Of a stretch of 64,000 nt of DNA, positions 40,776 to 53,970 are shown piece after piece (the first letter of the stretch is position 1; each line of letters begins with the position of its first letter). The notes beneath the pieces were generated by a model, which was not told where the DNA came from, made no database searches, and saw only the letters and a list, made by a program, of their open reading frames with translations. The stretch covers positions 124,001-188,000 of the forward strand of contig CAJNYD010000023.1 in the NCBI GenBank assembly GCA_905331295.1, in the 5' to 3' direction. Both the position numbers and the translations under genes were made by a program. The DNA comes from Rotaria socialis. Its lineage: Eukaryota.

Positions 40776-41686
40776 GTTATTTTAAAATCGCTAAAATAAG
40801 CAATGAAAAGCTAAATCAAATAGTTTACAGATCAAATCTTCAATGTTATATTTTACTTTTAAAAGATTCGATTTTTCATATGATCCTTTTTTAGATACAC
40901 TATCATCTACTTTTGTTGTCAGAAACAAAAAAATTAGATAGTAAACGGTGCTTTGTCAAAAGCAAAGACTTTTCAAGGAATAAACCAAATAGATCCAATC
41001 CAATCATGGAATACACATGTTTCGCGTCATTCAATCAGATGAAATTGGTAATTCTATCAATATCAAAATACATAAATAAATTATATGATGGTTAGATGTC
41101 GCACTATACTGAACTAGTAGTTCTCCTGTCAGTGCTGCCGAATTTCTTCTGATGCGCATAGTTTTCATCAACAAAGAAAGCCATGGAAAACAAGAAAAAG
41201 GTCTGAAAACTAAAAAAAAGCCATAAATGACTTTTAAAAAGCTTCATTGAGAAATTTTTCCTTCAAAAAAAAATACATAATGTATATCGCCTAGAAAAAA
41301 AATGAATTTCTTTATCAGGTTTCTCTTTAGCAGTACCAAACTTGGTGGTAAACAAATGAATTATTCAATGAAGACAAATATCGAATAAAAAAAAAATTAA
41401 ATGAAGCCAACGTACTCTGGATTTTTTCAAAACTCTGCTGACGTTGATTTGTTAAGAGCTAAATCTGATTTTTTTTTAAATGAAATTTCTTTACGAATAA
41501 TAAACTACATAAATCAATAGTAATCATTTTTTGTTCATCAAGTTATTTACCATATGATAGAGTACTGCTGTATGTACTATACATATAAATCGGGGCTGGT
41601 AAAGAGGGGGGGGGGGGGGGGGGGATGGGGGTGTTGAAGCACCCCTTAGGTTCTTCGCGCGGTCCGTGCATATAAATTGCCAGTTA

Positions 41687-41917
41687 CCCCATGTCGCACA
41701 AACCGATCGAGAAATTCCGGTTAGCCGCGGTTATGTAAGCTATTTTAGGGACTTTACAGTGTAAAAGCCGACGGTTAACCAGACAAGTAGTCGGTTTGCC
41801 CTCAATTAACCGGTTATTTATCCGGTTAACCGTCGGTTTTTACACTGTAAAGTCGCTAAAATAACCTACATAACCGCGGTTAAGCGGTGGTTTTCGATCG
41901 GTTGACGCGATATAGGG
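41687..41917. mobile_element. Palindromic MITE (~230 bp hairpin)
   Basis: ccccatgtcgc...ccgcggttatgta...gactttacagtgtaaaa...cggttaacc is mirrored by ggttaaccg...ttttacactgtaaagtc...tacataaccgcgg...gcgatataggg. Flanked by TA / CA. Confidence 0.8.
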
Positions 41918-42842
41918 CAGGTCAAAGTAAACTTTTCTAATGCATGTGATAGATATACGCATAGATATAGATCATTGTATTTTATTTAGCGATATATGTT
42001 GATGAAAAAATTTGCTACCGAATGCTTGAGTGAGACCGGCTTCCTGTTAGGCTGTTTCTAAAGAGTATACGAATACAATATCGAATCATCAAAGCGTATT
42101 CAGTCGCTTATTCAGCCTGCAATAAGATATTTTATGGTGAAATTTTGAATCCTATGAAATTTACCAAAATTTAATGTAAATAAATTAACAATTTAAGCTT
42201 ATAGAATGAAATTATCGGCTACCGTAGAAAAGCACATAATTCCCTACAATACTTGTATATTTGTATCTAGAAGAAATATACTTAGTCGAAAACTTTCGTT
42301 CCATGACTTATTGAAATAATGTCATGATATTGAATAAAAACCAAATATTTTGATTTTTGTTACAGCTGTTCACCTTTTTATAAAATGTTTTTCGATAATT
42401 GTGAATTAGCAAATTTTCCTGTGCCTACTAGAATCTAGATGATACGATGAATATGACCACGATGATTGATCAGAATCTTTGTATTGGCACATAATATGAT
42501 TATATTCATAAGCTATAAATTGAAATTACCATTCCTGTATAGAAATCATCTGGATGTCAGAGACCATCTCAACCATGAATTTATCAAAATTTTTCTCTAT
42601 TGACAGAGTATATTTTCAGTGTTTGCTATCATAATTCCCTAAAATCCTTACAACATTGTCGTAGTATCAACGAAAAGAATTTGAATTATTTCATGTAAGT
42701 TATTAGTGCAAAAAAAGCAATCGATCATAAGAATATTTATTACATTTTAGAGAACATTGTCAATGAGAACAAAAACAAACTCATCATACTGATGTGTACA
42801 GTAGTCACTCGAAAGTTGATTGTTTCTATATTTTCATATTGC

Positions 42843-45832
42843 TTAAAATGATTTATAAAGAGATGTTGTTTCAAGTTCAAAGATAGTATGAATATTTGTA
42901 CCTAAAGCTAAAGCAGCTCGAGCAAGTTGAGTTGTCGAATAATACATTGCCGATATTCCAATTATAATACTATCAAATGTATCATTTTCAACATAAGGTA
43001 TAAATTTTGTGGGTGATTCACCTTGAGTCAAGCTATCAAGATAATTTTCCAATATTCCGTCAAGTGAACTTTGATGTTGAATTTGAAGACGATGAATAGT
43101 ATGATGAAGTTCAATGAGGCATTGCTCATGTTTTAAAAGATCGCTCTCATTCAATTTTGTACGACTAAAAGTACAATCACGAAACATTCGATAGAAACGT
43201 GTTTGAGTAAGAGCAAAATAAGATGACCATAGAGCAACACAATCATTTAATTGTCGACTTAAATTAGCAACTTCAACATGAAGATCGTGTGGAAAGAAAC
43301 GACCAGCAGCATACATTTGAAGATTATTAATATGATTTCTATCATGATCAGTACATTCATCGATACGCATCAACTAAATTACAAATAAAAATAGATTATT
43401 TTAAAGACTTTTATTCTACCTACGATTGCATCAATATTATGTAACATTCGAAACATATCAACTTGTTGTTGAACAAGTGTCTCATAACGAGCAGTAGAGA
43501 ACGTATTGTGAAACCACCATAGAGTTGGCTCTAAGGCAACATGCCCAACAAGGGCTCTTTGACTACTAATCAATTGGTGAAAACGACTTCTTTGAGTATC
43601 AATAAATGATTTAACTTCTTGTTCGTTTTGTTTCTCAACATTTATTATACCTATATCTGAATTGTCGTCCGGTAAAAACTGGTCATAGATTGATTGCATT
43701 GATGTTACACTCTGACGACAAAGCTCAAGAGTGCCTATAGTAATACAAGAACGAAACAGAATTCATACTAAATAAATTGTATTTATTTACCCTGAATATT
43801 GTTTTTTAGGATATCAATAGCAAAAACTGGAAAAATGACGATGGTGAGTACAATAGCAATAGTAATACCAACAAGATTCTCTTCGATCCGAAGAAGAGCA
43901 TAGTTACCTCCTGGCATTGTATCTCCATATGGTATTCGACCAAGATTGATCAAAACTGGAGTGAAAGCAGCTACTACAGCGGTATAACCCCATTCAGGTA
44001 AAGATCTCAAATAACCAAAGATAAATATCCATGGAACTAACATTCCCATTGTATTATAGACATGATCATTGGCTGATAAATAGGTTACATATGCCCACAT
44101 TGCACCTATGTAATGATAAGACAAAAATTAAATACATTATCATAAAAAATTGATCATATTATTAAAAACAACTTACCGAGTAGCGTTCCAACTAATCTCA
44201 TTTTCATTGTAGTTAATGCTCCCCCTACTGTATCACCTTGAGTCATGCAAAGAGCAATTAAAATCCATTGTCCATTTTCAAATGTTGCTGCCAAACGAGG
44301 TACCATGACAAATATTGAGCCTACTCCAATTATTACGACACTTTTTAAAGCTTGTAAAACTCGTGGCCATTGTGGTTTTAACATTTCTTTTATACTTCGT
44401 CTCTTCTTGTTCTGCTTTTGTTTAAATGTATCTTTGATTTCTTGAAAAAAGGTCTTATTCGGATCAGTTACTGTGGCCTGTATCACGAGTCGTACAATAG
44501 CATCAAGTTGAAAAAGAAAGAAAGTATGTGAAAGATAATCTTCCGATCGAATTTGTTTTGCAGATTCCAATACATGTTCAACTTGATGAAGACGTGCGTT
44601 TATTGAGGCCCTACGAAGCGAATCAAGAGCTTGTTGTAATTCATTCAGGCGAACATTAAATTCATCTCGAGTAATTACTGTAGGCGTCATTAAACTTGAA
44701 ACAATCGTTGCTTGACATGAGCTAAGATGAAGAAGACTCATTTGAAGTTCACTTGTAAAATGACTATGATATTCATTGAAATGACATTGTTTAACCATTA
44801 ATTCCAGTGAACATACATGAAACATCAATGCACTAATTAAGTCTATTTGTTCTACGAAAAAAAAAACGAAAAGATTTCTGTATTTTGTTTTTAAATTCGA
44901 AAAAAATCAGATTACCTTGTAATTTAAGATCGATGAGATGTCTTCGTCTTCGATTAAAAATTCTTTGCAAACATCGTGATGGTTCCATACGGGTTTCATT
45001 CAGTCTTGTATGCATTAAAGTCATTGTTGAACGTACCATTTGTTCGATAGTTGATGCTCGAGCCAGTGCTGCTTGTGCACTCATTTGATCTGTACTTAAG
45101 AATGCTTGAATCACAATACTTTCCATTTGTTGTAAATTTGTTAGACAATAACTAACACGATTTTCAATATCAAACGTAGCAAAAAGAGGAAAGATCAACA
45201 TAGATACAAAAAGACCAACGAATATTCCAATGGCGAATTGTTCAAGTAGAATAAAAATGAATGTCGATGGAAGACCAGGTTGATTTACAATCGTTGAAAA
45301 AAATATAGTACTAATTAATAGTGCAATTTTTCGAGTTTGAACCTTAATAATAATAATAACATTGTTAATCGAAAATTGGATATAATTTAATTTTTTCTAC
45401 TTATGATAAAACTTTTACCTGTGAACATTTATAGGCAATAAAAAATGATGAAATAAGTAGTATTAATTCAGCTGCAAGATAATCTTTGTATCCCAGACCA
45501 ATCTTTTGAAGTACGTATAGAAAAATTGAAAGAGGCGTAATGGCTGTCAGTATTTGGTAGCAAGTTAATACTGTCATTCCAAATGTTTCTTGTATGCCTA
45601 AAATACACATGACCGGAACTAGATATTGTGTTGCTGATTGGTCACTTAGTGAAGTTCCATAAACTAAAAATCCACCGACAAGAAATGAAATAGTTATTCG
45701 AATAGCATATTGAACACGTCGAGTAAATGCTGACGACGTTAAATATAAGGGTGAGCTATTGTAATGATAATTAAAATAAAAACGGCTGATTGCTTGAAAT
45801 ATTTTCCAAATTTGCATTTTAAATTGATTCAT
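42843..45832 (-). CDS. FUSC / aromatic acid exporter / ALMT superfamily membrane protein with two membrane modules; multi-exon
   Basis: QYAIRITISFLVG; QALKSVVIIG...GQWILIALCMTQGDTVGGALTTMKMRLVGTLLG; GYTAVVAAFT; ALLRIEENLVGITIAIVLTIVIFP. Open exons are separated by short GT-AG introns. Confidence 0.82.
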
Positions 45833-47029
45833 ATGTTTTGCATAGCAAAGCCTACTTTGCTATACACAACTTTTGTATTAATCGCAAACTGAAAGGAAAA
45901 AAGAGCGAACTAAAAAAGCATCATTTCACATCTATCAGAAGGAAACAATGTTTATCATACACCTGGCGATGATTTGCTTCAGTAGTCTTCATGACGCATC
46001 TATTGATAATACATTGCGATTATAAGTTCATTCAAGGACTATTTTGACGAATTGAATGGAAATTCAATGTGTTGCACTTCAAATTCGACGGGCTTGGTGT
46101 TTATTTATCATCAAGTAAAGCACATGCTGTTGAATTTTTTCTTCTACAAAGTGAATCATTTGAAATATTGACGTCTTATTCAACATTTTAGAGAATGAAT
46201 ACTTTTTAGAATTATTGCTTGAATAGAAGTTTATGATTATAATTCAAAGCATAATTTTAATATTTTTATGAAGAAAAATACAATGTACGAACGAAATTTT
46301 ATAGTCAATTTTTCAACATTTAGCGTTTAAATTGTTTCAACCTTCCTACTATATGTACATAGTTGAATAGTGCAACTTTTACTAGTACATAAAAATAACC
46401 GAGGGTCATATTTCTAACAGTATTTAAACAAATATGTTTTACTTGCATACCGTTTCGCTCGAAGTAAGTAAATTAGATGGAAACTTTAAGCAGACTGACA
46501 CGAATATGTATGTATATAACGGTCGTTTATCTTTAGGAGCTTTATTTTAGTAACATGGGTGTGATTTATATTCGATAATTAAACTTTTCTATGAATACGT
46601 TATAATTCGATCTTTCACTAATAAATGAGATGCTACAGTAAATGTCGATGCATGATTCAATAGGATTCATCTTTATGCTTTTCATGCGTTTGCTCTCGCA
46701 GGACAAAATGCAACATAGTACACAGGTCATCGCTGCGTTTGACCTGTAATACCTAGTTCCTTGTTATGTATCTGTTTTGTACGCGTTGCTTTTACTTCTG
46801 TTCTTATTTTCATCGTTTAAATAAATCAAGATTAGAACAGAGTCATAGCTTCATATATCATGATAAAACTATTACATGCTTGACTGATTTTTAATTTTTA
46901 ATTTTTAAGCGTAATCGATTATATATGTCAAAACCGAAATCAATAGTCATTTTTAGCGCGGATGATTATTTTTTAATTTTTAAGCTAGTAATGTTCTCTA
47001 AAAAAGTTATTTTGATATTAAATAAGAAT

Positions 47030-47568
47030 GGCAATAAAATGAGCGAAAGAAAATATGTCGAATACTAAATGTCGAACACAATAATAGCGAAAAATAAAAC
47101 GTCGATCGTGTAAAAATAGCGAAGAGTATATTCTTCCATAAATTTTGTTTTTGAATTTTGAAATTCAGTCAGTGATATTTTATTCCTTCGTTTTCTTGTG
47201 TTATCTATTTTCACTGGCTAGCGTTTTTCGTTAATAGTGTATCATCGTGCAATCTAGCTAGCGGAATAAACACAAAGGACACAAAAGATATAACGAAATA
47301 AAGATACGCCATACCTTATTTTTTTACATTGCATATCACTTGTTGTTAATTCAGTATAAATTTCGATGACATCGAATACAAGCAGCGTATCGTTTACCAT
47401 CTCTAATAAAGGCAATCCTATGATAACTTTAAACGATTTTATATATCGAATAGAAAAAAGAAAGTATTAAAAAAGCTTGTTAGCGCAGCCCCTTTGGGGC
47501 TAAAATGTGGAACTCACATATATCCCTTCGGCTTACTAAAATAATTCAAAACAATTCATCTGAAAAAT
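47030..47568 (+). mobile_element. Decayed FLYWCH/MULE-type transposon remnant
   Basis: Short repeated motifs aaa(a/t)gtcgaa / aatagcgaa at ~47050-47123. From ATG 47366 the frame reads MTSNTSSVSFTISNKGNPMITLNDFIYRIEKRKY*, like a FLYWCH N-terminus with a stop where Trp is expected. It runs into the assembly gap. Confidence 0.5.
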
Positions 47569-47668
47569 NNNNNNNNNNNNNNNNNNNNNNNNNNNNNNNN
47601 NNNNNNNNNNNNNNNNNNNNNNNNNNNNNNNNNNNNNNNNNNNNNNNNNNNNNNNNNNNNNNNNNNNN
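47569..47668. other. Assembly gap (100 N)
   Basis: Run of N; the round length suggests a placeholder of unknown true size. Confidence 0.99.
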
Positions 47669-49812
47669 GCAGATACGAAGCTACGTATTTTGTGAAGAAA
47701 ATTTTTAAAAATAACGAAAAATGAAAAAGTTATAGGAATTATGTTGAAATCGACTGTTTTCCATTTTACAATTACACCCGGTTACTCTATGTACAGATTG
47801 TTATTAGGAGAACAAATAAAATCTATTGATCGTCTATCATTTTTATTCAAATATTGAAATCAATCGTTATCAATTCTGTTTTTCTTCTATAGGTATGTTC
47901 ATCTATATAGACTGAACAATGCAAACAACTTGTAGTAGTAATAGTGAAGAATAACAATCTATCATGCTAATACACGAAAGAAATCTAAGTAGCTACAAGA
48001 TGAGCTTGTCAATAAGTAAGTAATGAAGATGAATATAACTACTCAATAGTAGAGTATTGTTTATTCTAAAAAAAAGCGCACTAGAAATAACGATCTCTTT
48101 TTGTAAATAAAGCAAAAACGATTTTTGTATATTTTATGTAATCAAAATGTCATTAAATATTACTGTTAAAACAGTTTTTTTTCTACTGGTGATTTTTTCT
48201 ATTCTTAATAATTGCATAGAAAATAGATTTTTCTTATGTAATTCGTAATATCCTCTTGTTGCTTTATGACATGTTAATGTTAAAAGCAACATTTGTAACG
48301 AAGGTCAAATACAGATGAAATGTCAGTTTTGGTAATTAAAAAATTTAAATTAAAAAAGAAGAAAAAGATTAAGCCCTCTTGTCTATTGTATGATTTGATT
48401 GAAATCTAATAATTGAATTTCAATCTTAAACTTTGCTCATACATTAACTTAATCCTTGTTAGTACACAAACATATTTTGACAAGAATAAAAAAGATTTGG
48501 TACATCAATTTTTGCATTACATAATATAAATACTATCATCTCGTATTGACGAGATATTCTTTTCCCATGGGAATTTGCTCTTTCGATTTTCTCGTTCATT
48601 GTCAACCGAGATGTGTTTTATTGCTTAACAAATTCAATTAAATATCCCAGTAGTTTTCAGACAAGATTTATTTTATAACCAATATATATGTATGAAAATT
48701 TTTCTAGTTTGTTTACCCTTGGGATGATAAATCATAAGCGATATTAGATGCTATGCATATGAACTAACACCCTTTGTCTACCCACTAACCCAAACAGCTT
48801 TTACTTCTCACTTCGATGCCAATTAATTGCGAGAGTTGTTTGTTCTTCTTCTTCAATCGTCTGGTCTTCTTTTTTTCATGAACTTCAGCTATATTCATGC
48901 TGACTAGACAAATTTCAATTGCATACATTTGCATTGTCAGTTTGGATTACAGATGGACAACTATTCATCATATGTCTGTCTCCTTAATTGGGTGTACTCA
49001 GTCATACTATATATATATATACAAACAAAACAATGAAGAAAGAAAAAAATTCATTTACATTTAACAAATTATTATTATTCGTATTAAAAAGTATTTATTT
49101 ATAATTTAGAACGATCAAACCTTCTCTCCCTCTCTCTCTCGTCTTACGTCTCTCATCAAATTGTATAAATCATGTCATCAATATAGCAACTATCGTAGAT
49201 TGCATCATCTATAATAGCCATAGATGCGTGCATATTTAATTTCGTCTTACAAACCATACAATTATGTATCCCAGTCTGACACCTACATTTTTAGACTGGC
49301 TCAATCGTTTGTCGTATATACACACATACAATATATCGGTCAAGATCTAATGTCATACACACAGAAAAAAGAAGTCAAGCATTTTTTTTGTTTCTTTCTC
49401 TTGTTCCACCTGAAGCCGAACTACCCGTTTACATAAAATTCATATTACATAATATATCATCTTTTGTATCTATTTTTTTCTTTCTTTCTTTCATTTTTTT
49501 TGATCTCAAACATAACCTCACCAAATAATTTATACAACTAAAAAGAAAAGAAAAATCACAAAAAAGGAGAAAAAAAAGATGCAGAAAAAGAATTTGAATA
49601 GAAGAAAAAATTGAATACTCGCAGGTGATGTTAACCAACAATGAAAAACACATCTTGTGTACGCTATACGAATGGAACGATAGAACAAACACTAAAACGA
49701 ACCAATCTTGTGCGCACACAACAGTTAGAAGAAGAAGAAAAAAAATATATATTCAGAAACTCTGTTACAGGATCTCTAAAAAGAAAAAAGGAGCAAAAAG
49801 AAAAACATTTTT

Positions 49813-51681
49813 TTATACATAGACTGCATCGTCTGTACTTCCACCCATAAGCTCATTCTCGTTGCACACACCCGATAAATGAGCTTCTTCTGTATAACCA
49901 CTTGATATCGAATACATGGAATTCGATAAATGAATTGAATTGTCAAAATGTGGATGTGGATGTGGAGAAGATGGACGTCGATTAAAATTACCAGGTCGTT
50001 TAGGTCCTCCTGTTGCTTTATGTTTAATCACAAGATTACAATCAGCGATTGGGAAAAGAATATCTTCATTATTCATTGATGCTGAATTTAAACGTGATAT
50101 TGTGTAAGTCGGGCGAGGAGAATTTGTCGGAGATATTGATGGTGTACGAATTTCATTTGATGAATGATTTGATAATGATGAACATCGACTTTTGCATACT
50201 GAAGAAGCCGATGATGATGATGATGATGATGATGACGATGCAGAAGGAGAACGAGAACCACCGGTTGATATAAGCGATGGCGCCGATGACAATGGTGATT
50301 CAACAGTTGGCGACATTGAACTCGTCGAAGTTAGTTCAATAGGTTTTCCTTTTTTTTGGGATGTTTGTTGTTCGAAATTTTTTCGTAATTCAGATACATT
50401 CGGATATGTAAATGATTCAGCTTCTGATGGTGTTCTAGCCGATATAGCCGAAACAGTGGTTAGAGAACTTGTTGTCATCGTTGTTGACATTTGTAATGCT
50501 TGTGAAAGGTCAGTTGTTACAGCTCGTGGTCTTGATGGACGGTTAGTTGATGTTGCGTGAAATTGTTCAATACGCTTTTGAAAATTTGGCTGATTCTTAT
50601 GATAAGTTAATAATGATATAGGCGATGATGTATTCAAAGTTGATGATCTTGTTGCATTAAATGGAAGTACTTTTCTTGGTAATGTTGTTGTAACAAATGT
50701 TTTAGCTTTATCTAAACTAGTTTCATGTTTTTTCTCGCGTAATTGTTTCCAATTGATTGTCGGATAATAATTGTCCGTTGATGTTGAAAGAGATCGTTCA
50801 ATACTTGCCGTTTGTTCTGCTGTTTCATCGATTTGTGAAAGATTAACAAAGTGTTGTTTACTTGGCGATATAAGAAGAGACGCTAATGATGAAGGAGTTA
50901 TTTGATTTTGTTCCGAACTTGATGAAGGATATTGTTTATTAGAAGATATACCTGATATAGCTGAATCACACGATACAGCTTTACTAGATGGAAGTGCTAA
51001 ATGTGCATGTGGTTCACTATAATCAGAACCAACAGCAGAATCAGCATAGATATCTTCTGTTGAACTGTCACCTAGAAATCATCATAATAGAAATTATTTA
51101 TTTAATATTTATTTGATTATCTAACCTTCATCGTGCCATTTTGAAAGACCAAAACAAGAATGTGATTCAGGTAAATAATTACGTGTTGAATTATTTGTTG
51201 CTGCAATTAATCCTCCATGTCTTGTTGATGTTGTATAATAAATATTTGTATCATCAATTGGATTACGTAAACTTGATTGTTCATGTTCATAATTTAATGA
51301 TGATTGATCTTGATTGTAATGACTAAAAGTACTTTGATTGTTTGTAGTATCATCGTCATCGTCGTCAAGATCATATTTAATGCGTCCTAAAGATTTCGAA
51401 CGACGATCTATTCGGCCACGAGAACGTGCACGTCGTCGATGTGTTGCATCAGCTGCAACATAATCCATATAAGTATAATCCATATTTGAATATGGCGTTG
51501 GTGAATTTTCATTTTTATTATTAGAATTACTTCCACGGGCTTTTTTAGAACGTAATAAGGTTCGAAATTGAGCTGCAATTTCAAGTGGATTTAAATTCGA
51601 ATTATTGAGCAATTCAAGATGTTCGAGGGCAGCTGTTGCCACATCGAATTGCGGGGGTGATGATGAATTACTATTGCTCAT
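49813..51681 (-). CDS. Uncharacterised Ser/Thr-rich, probably disordered protein; exons 51681-51126 and 51071-49813; 604 aa
   Basis: Two long open exons join in frame across a 54-nt GT-AG intron, with an in-frame stop just upstream of the ATG. The protein ends ...STDDAVYV*. No domain recognised. Confidence 0.8.
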
Positions 51682-53945
51682 ATTTGTCTACATCTAAAAG
51701 AGAAATACAAGCAAGACATGATATTGACATTTTCAGAAATAAAAAACTACATATACATAATCATTGATGAATGATTTCTTGTCAGCACTTCAATAATAGA
51801 TAAACAACTCAGAGTGCTCGTCTTAGGTTTTGCATAAGTTCATCATAATACAAATGCTCATCCATAACGCTAAAGATGTCTATGCTTAATCTGATAGCCA
51901 TCTTTTTGTCTCTACTTCAATGAATAGAATACTATAGAGTAATGGGCTTTCTGTCTACATGTATATATATATATATATATACGCGTGTGTATGTGCGTTT
52001 TTTTATTCTATGCATGCTTGACCCTATACAATACAAATGAGTTCCAGAATATCGACAAGCGTTTCACTTCTCATCTCTTTCTTACTCTCTTCCTACATTG
52101 TATCTGTTTAGATTATGTACACAAGATCAGTACCACCATATCAACGTGCATGTTTATATTCAAAATTAGCTTCTTTCTCTTTTTTTTTCTCTCTCTCTCT
52201 CTCACTCATTCGGACGTGATCGATGAACATCTATGGTCAAAAATCGACCGAAACCTTTGTGTATTATAGGTAAATTTATGGTCGATAAAGAGAATATAAA
52301 TCGTGAGTCGATCGGATTAGTGTAAGAAAGAAAAGCTTGCTATTTGCACTCACAAACAACAAGTTCAATCAATAAAATGACTAAGTCTATAGAAACTATT
52401 TAAATAGAAAACGAAATATTGCTTATACATATATCAAAAGAGACCATTTACTAAAGTCAACAACGAAAAAAAAAAATGTTCGCGTTACTATTTTTTTTAG
52501 TCAATGTTTGATTAATTGAAATCAAACCTTTTTCAAGTATAAGCATAGATTTTATTCACACAATAAACATGTAAAAAAGTTTTTTTTTTTTTATGAAGCC
52601 CTTAATGTGAATCGAACGAAAAAATATTCTCTTTTTTTGGTAGAAAAGCTTCGGCTTCATCAAGGATATCTAAGATTATTTATATAGGATTCATGTTTGT
52701 TTTATAACAATGATTGTACAACTATCGATTTCTTTTTTTTTGTCGAGGGTTAAATGAAACGGAAAAAAAATGTATGCTAGTACATATTTTATTTCATTTC
52801 TTTTGGTCAGTTACATAAATGTTCAATAGAAAGCAAGTTTCAAGTGGCATCTTGTATTCTCCTAAGTCATAAGTTACGATTTACGACATATCTTATATTA
52901 TGGTCACTTACAAAATTGAAAAAAAAGAAAAAGCGTATATATAACTCTTCAAAGGTCAACGTAATTCTCTAATGCATATAAGCGGCATCTAATAATGTTT
53001 ATTTTATATAGAAAATAATAGATTCTTTGAGAAATCCCCATAGAACGTTTATGAGCCTATAGAGAAAAAGCTTAAGAAAATAAAAGATTCTGACCTATGC
53101 AAAAGAAGAAATACAAGGCTTATACACTAACTAAGCACAGTAGTTGTTGTTGTTTGTTTACTGTAGAACTATTCCAGTTATCTTCTTAAGTCTTCGTCGA
53201 AGATTATTATCATCAACCTTCGCTCTCTAATCTATCTCTTGCTAACACGCATCTAGAATGTATGCATTAAAAAAAATCAAAACCGTCTGTTGCCATCATC
53301 ATACATCCGCGCACACCAAAAGGAAGTAGATATCCTCGTTAATCAATCAATACATCAGCGAACCATTTCGGTCAGGATGCATCAAATTGGTGCTCATATC
53401 GAGTGAATTAACAAGGTTAAAATAGAAATGAACAAACCTTTGTTGATTGTTAAAATTAAAAGAAAATAAATACAAACAAAGAAAAAACTTCATTTCTACC
53501 TCATCCATGACACCGTAAGGTACTATTAGAATCTACTAGTCATTGTTGATTGAAAGAAGAAAGAAAAAAAGAAAATTTGGAATGTGTTTCTTCTTTCTTT
53601 TTCTCTCTTTTATATATATATACTTATACACATGCGTGCACAATCATTAGTCTGGCCCCTACACTGTACATTTTATTCTTCTTTCTTGTTCATTCTATTA
53701 CTATACTATTACTGCTGTTGGCTTCCCTTTCTGTCGCTCTCGTTCTCTCCCTTTTCTCGTCACGTCGTCGTCTTTGTATGCCATACCGTCAAATCGACAT
53801 ATGCACGTAGCAGAGAATAGCAGCTATAGATCGAAAAACACACCGGCACAAGAATAGAAGAAAGTGAATATAAAAAAAAAGGACAAAAGGTCGCCAAAAC
53901 TGTAAGAAGAAATTGAACAGCATGCATGTGTGCGCATGTATATTT

Positions 53946-53970
53946 GAGAGAGAGAGAGAGAGAGAGAGAG
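53946..53970. repeat. (GA)n microsatellite
   Basis: Directly visible. Confidence 0.9.

Noticed and set aside
49948..49966. TGTGGA repeats resembling a telomeric repeat
   Set aside because: Only three units, encoding a His-Pro stretch within an exon.
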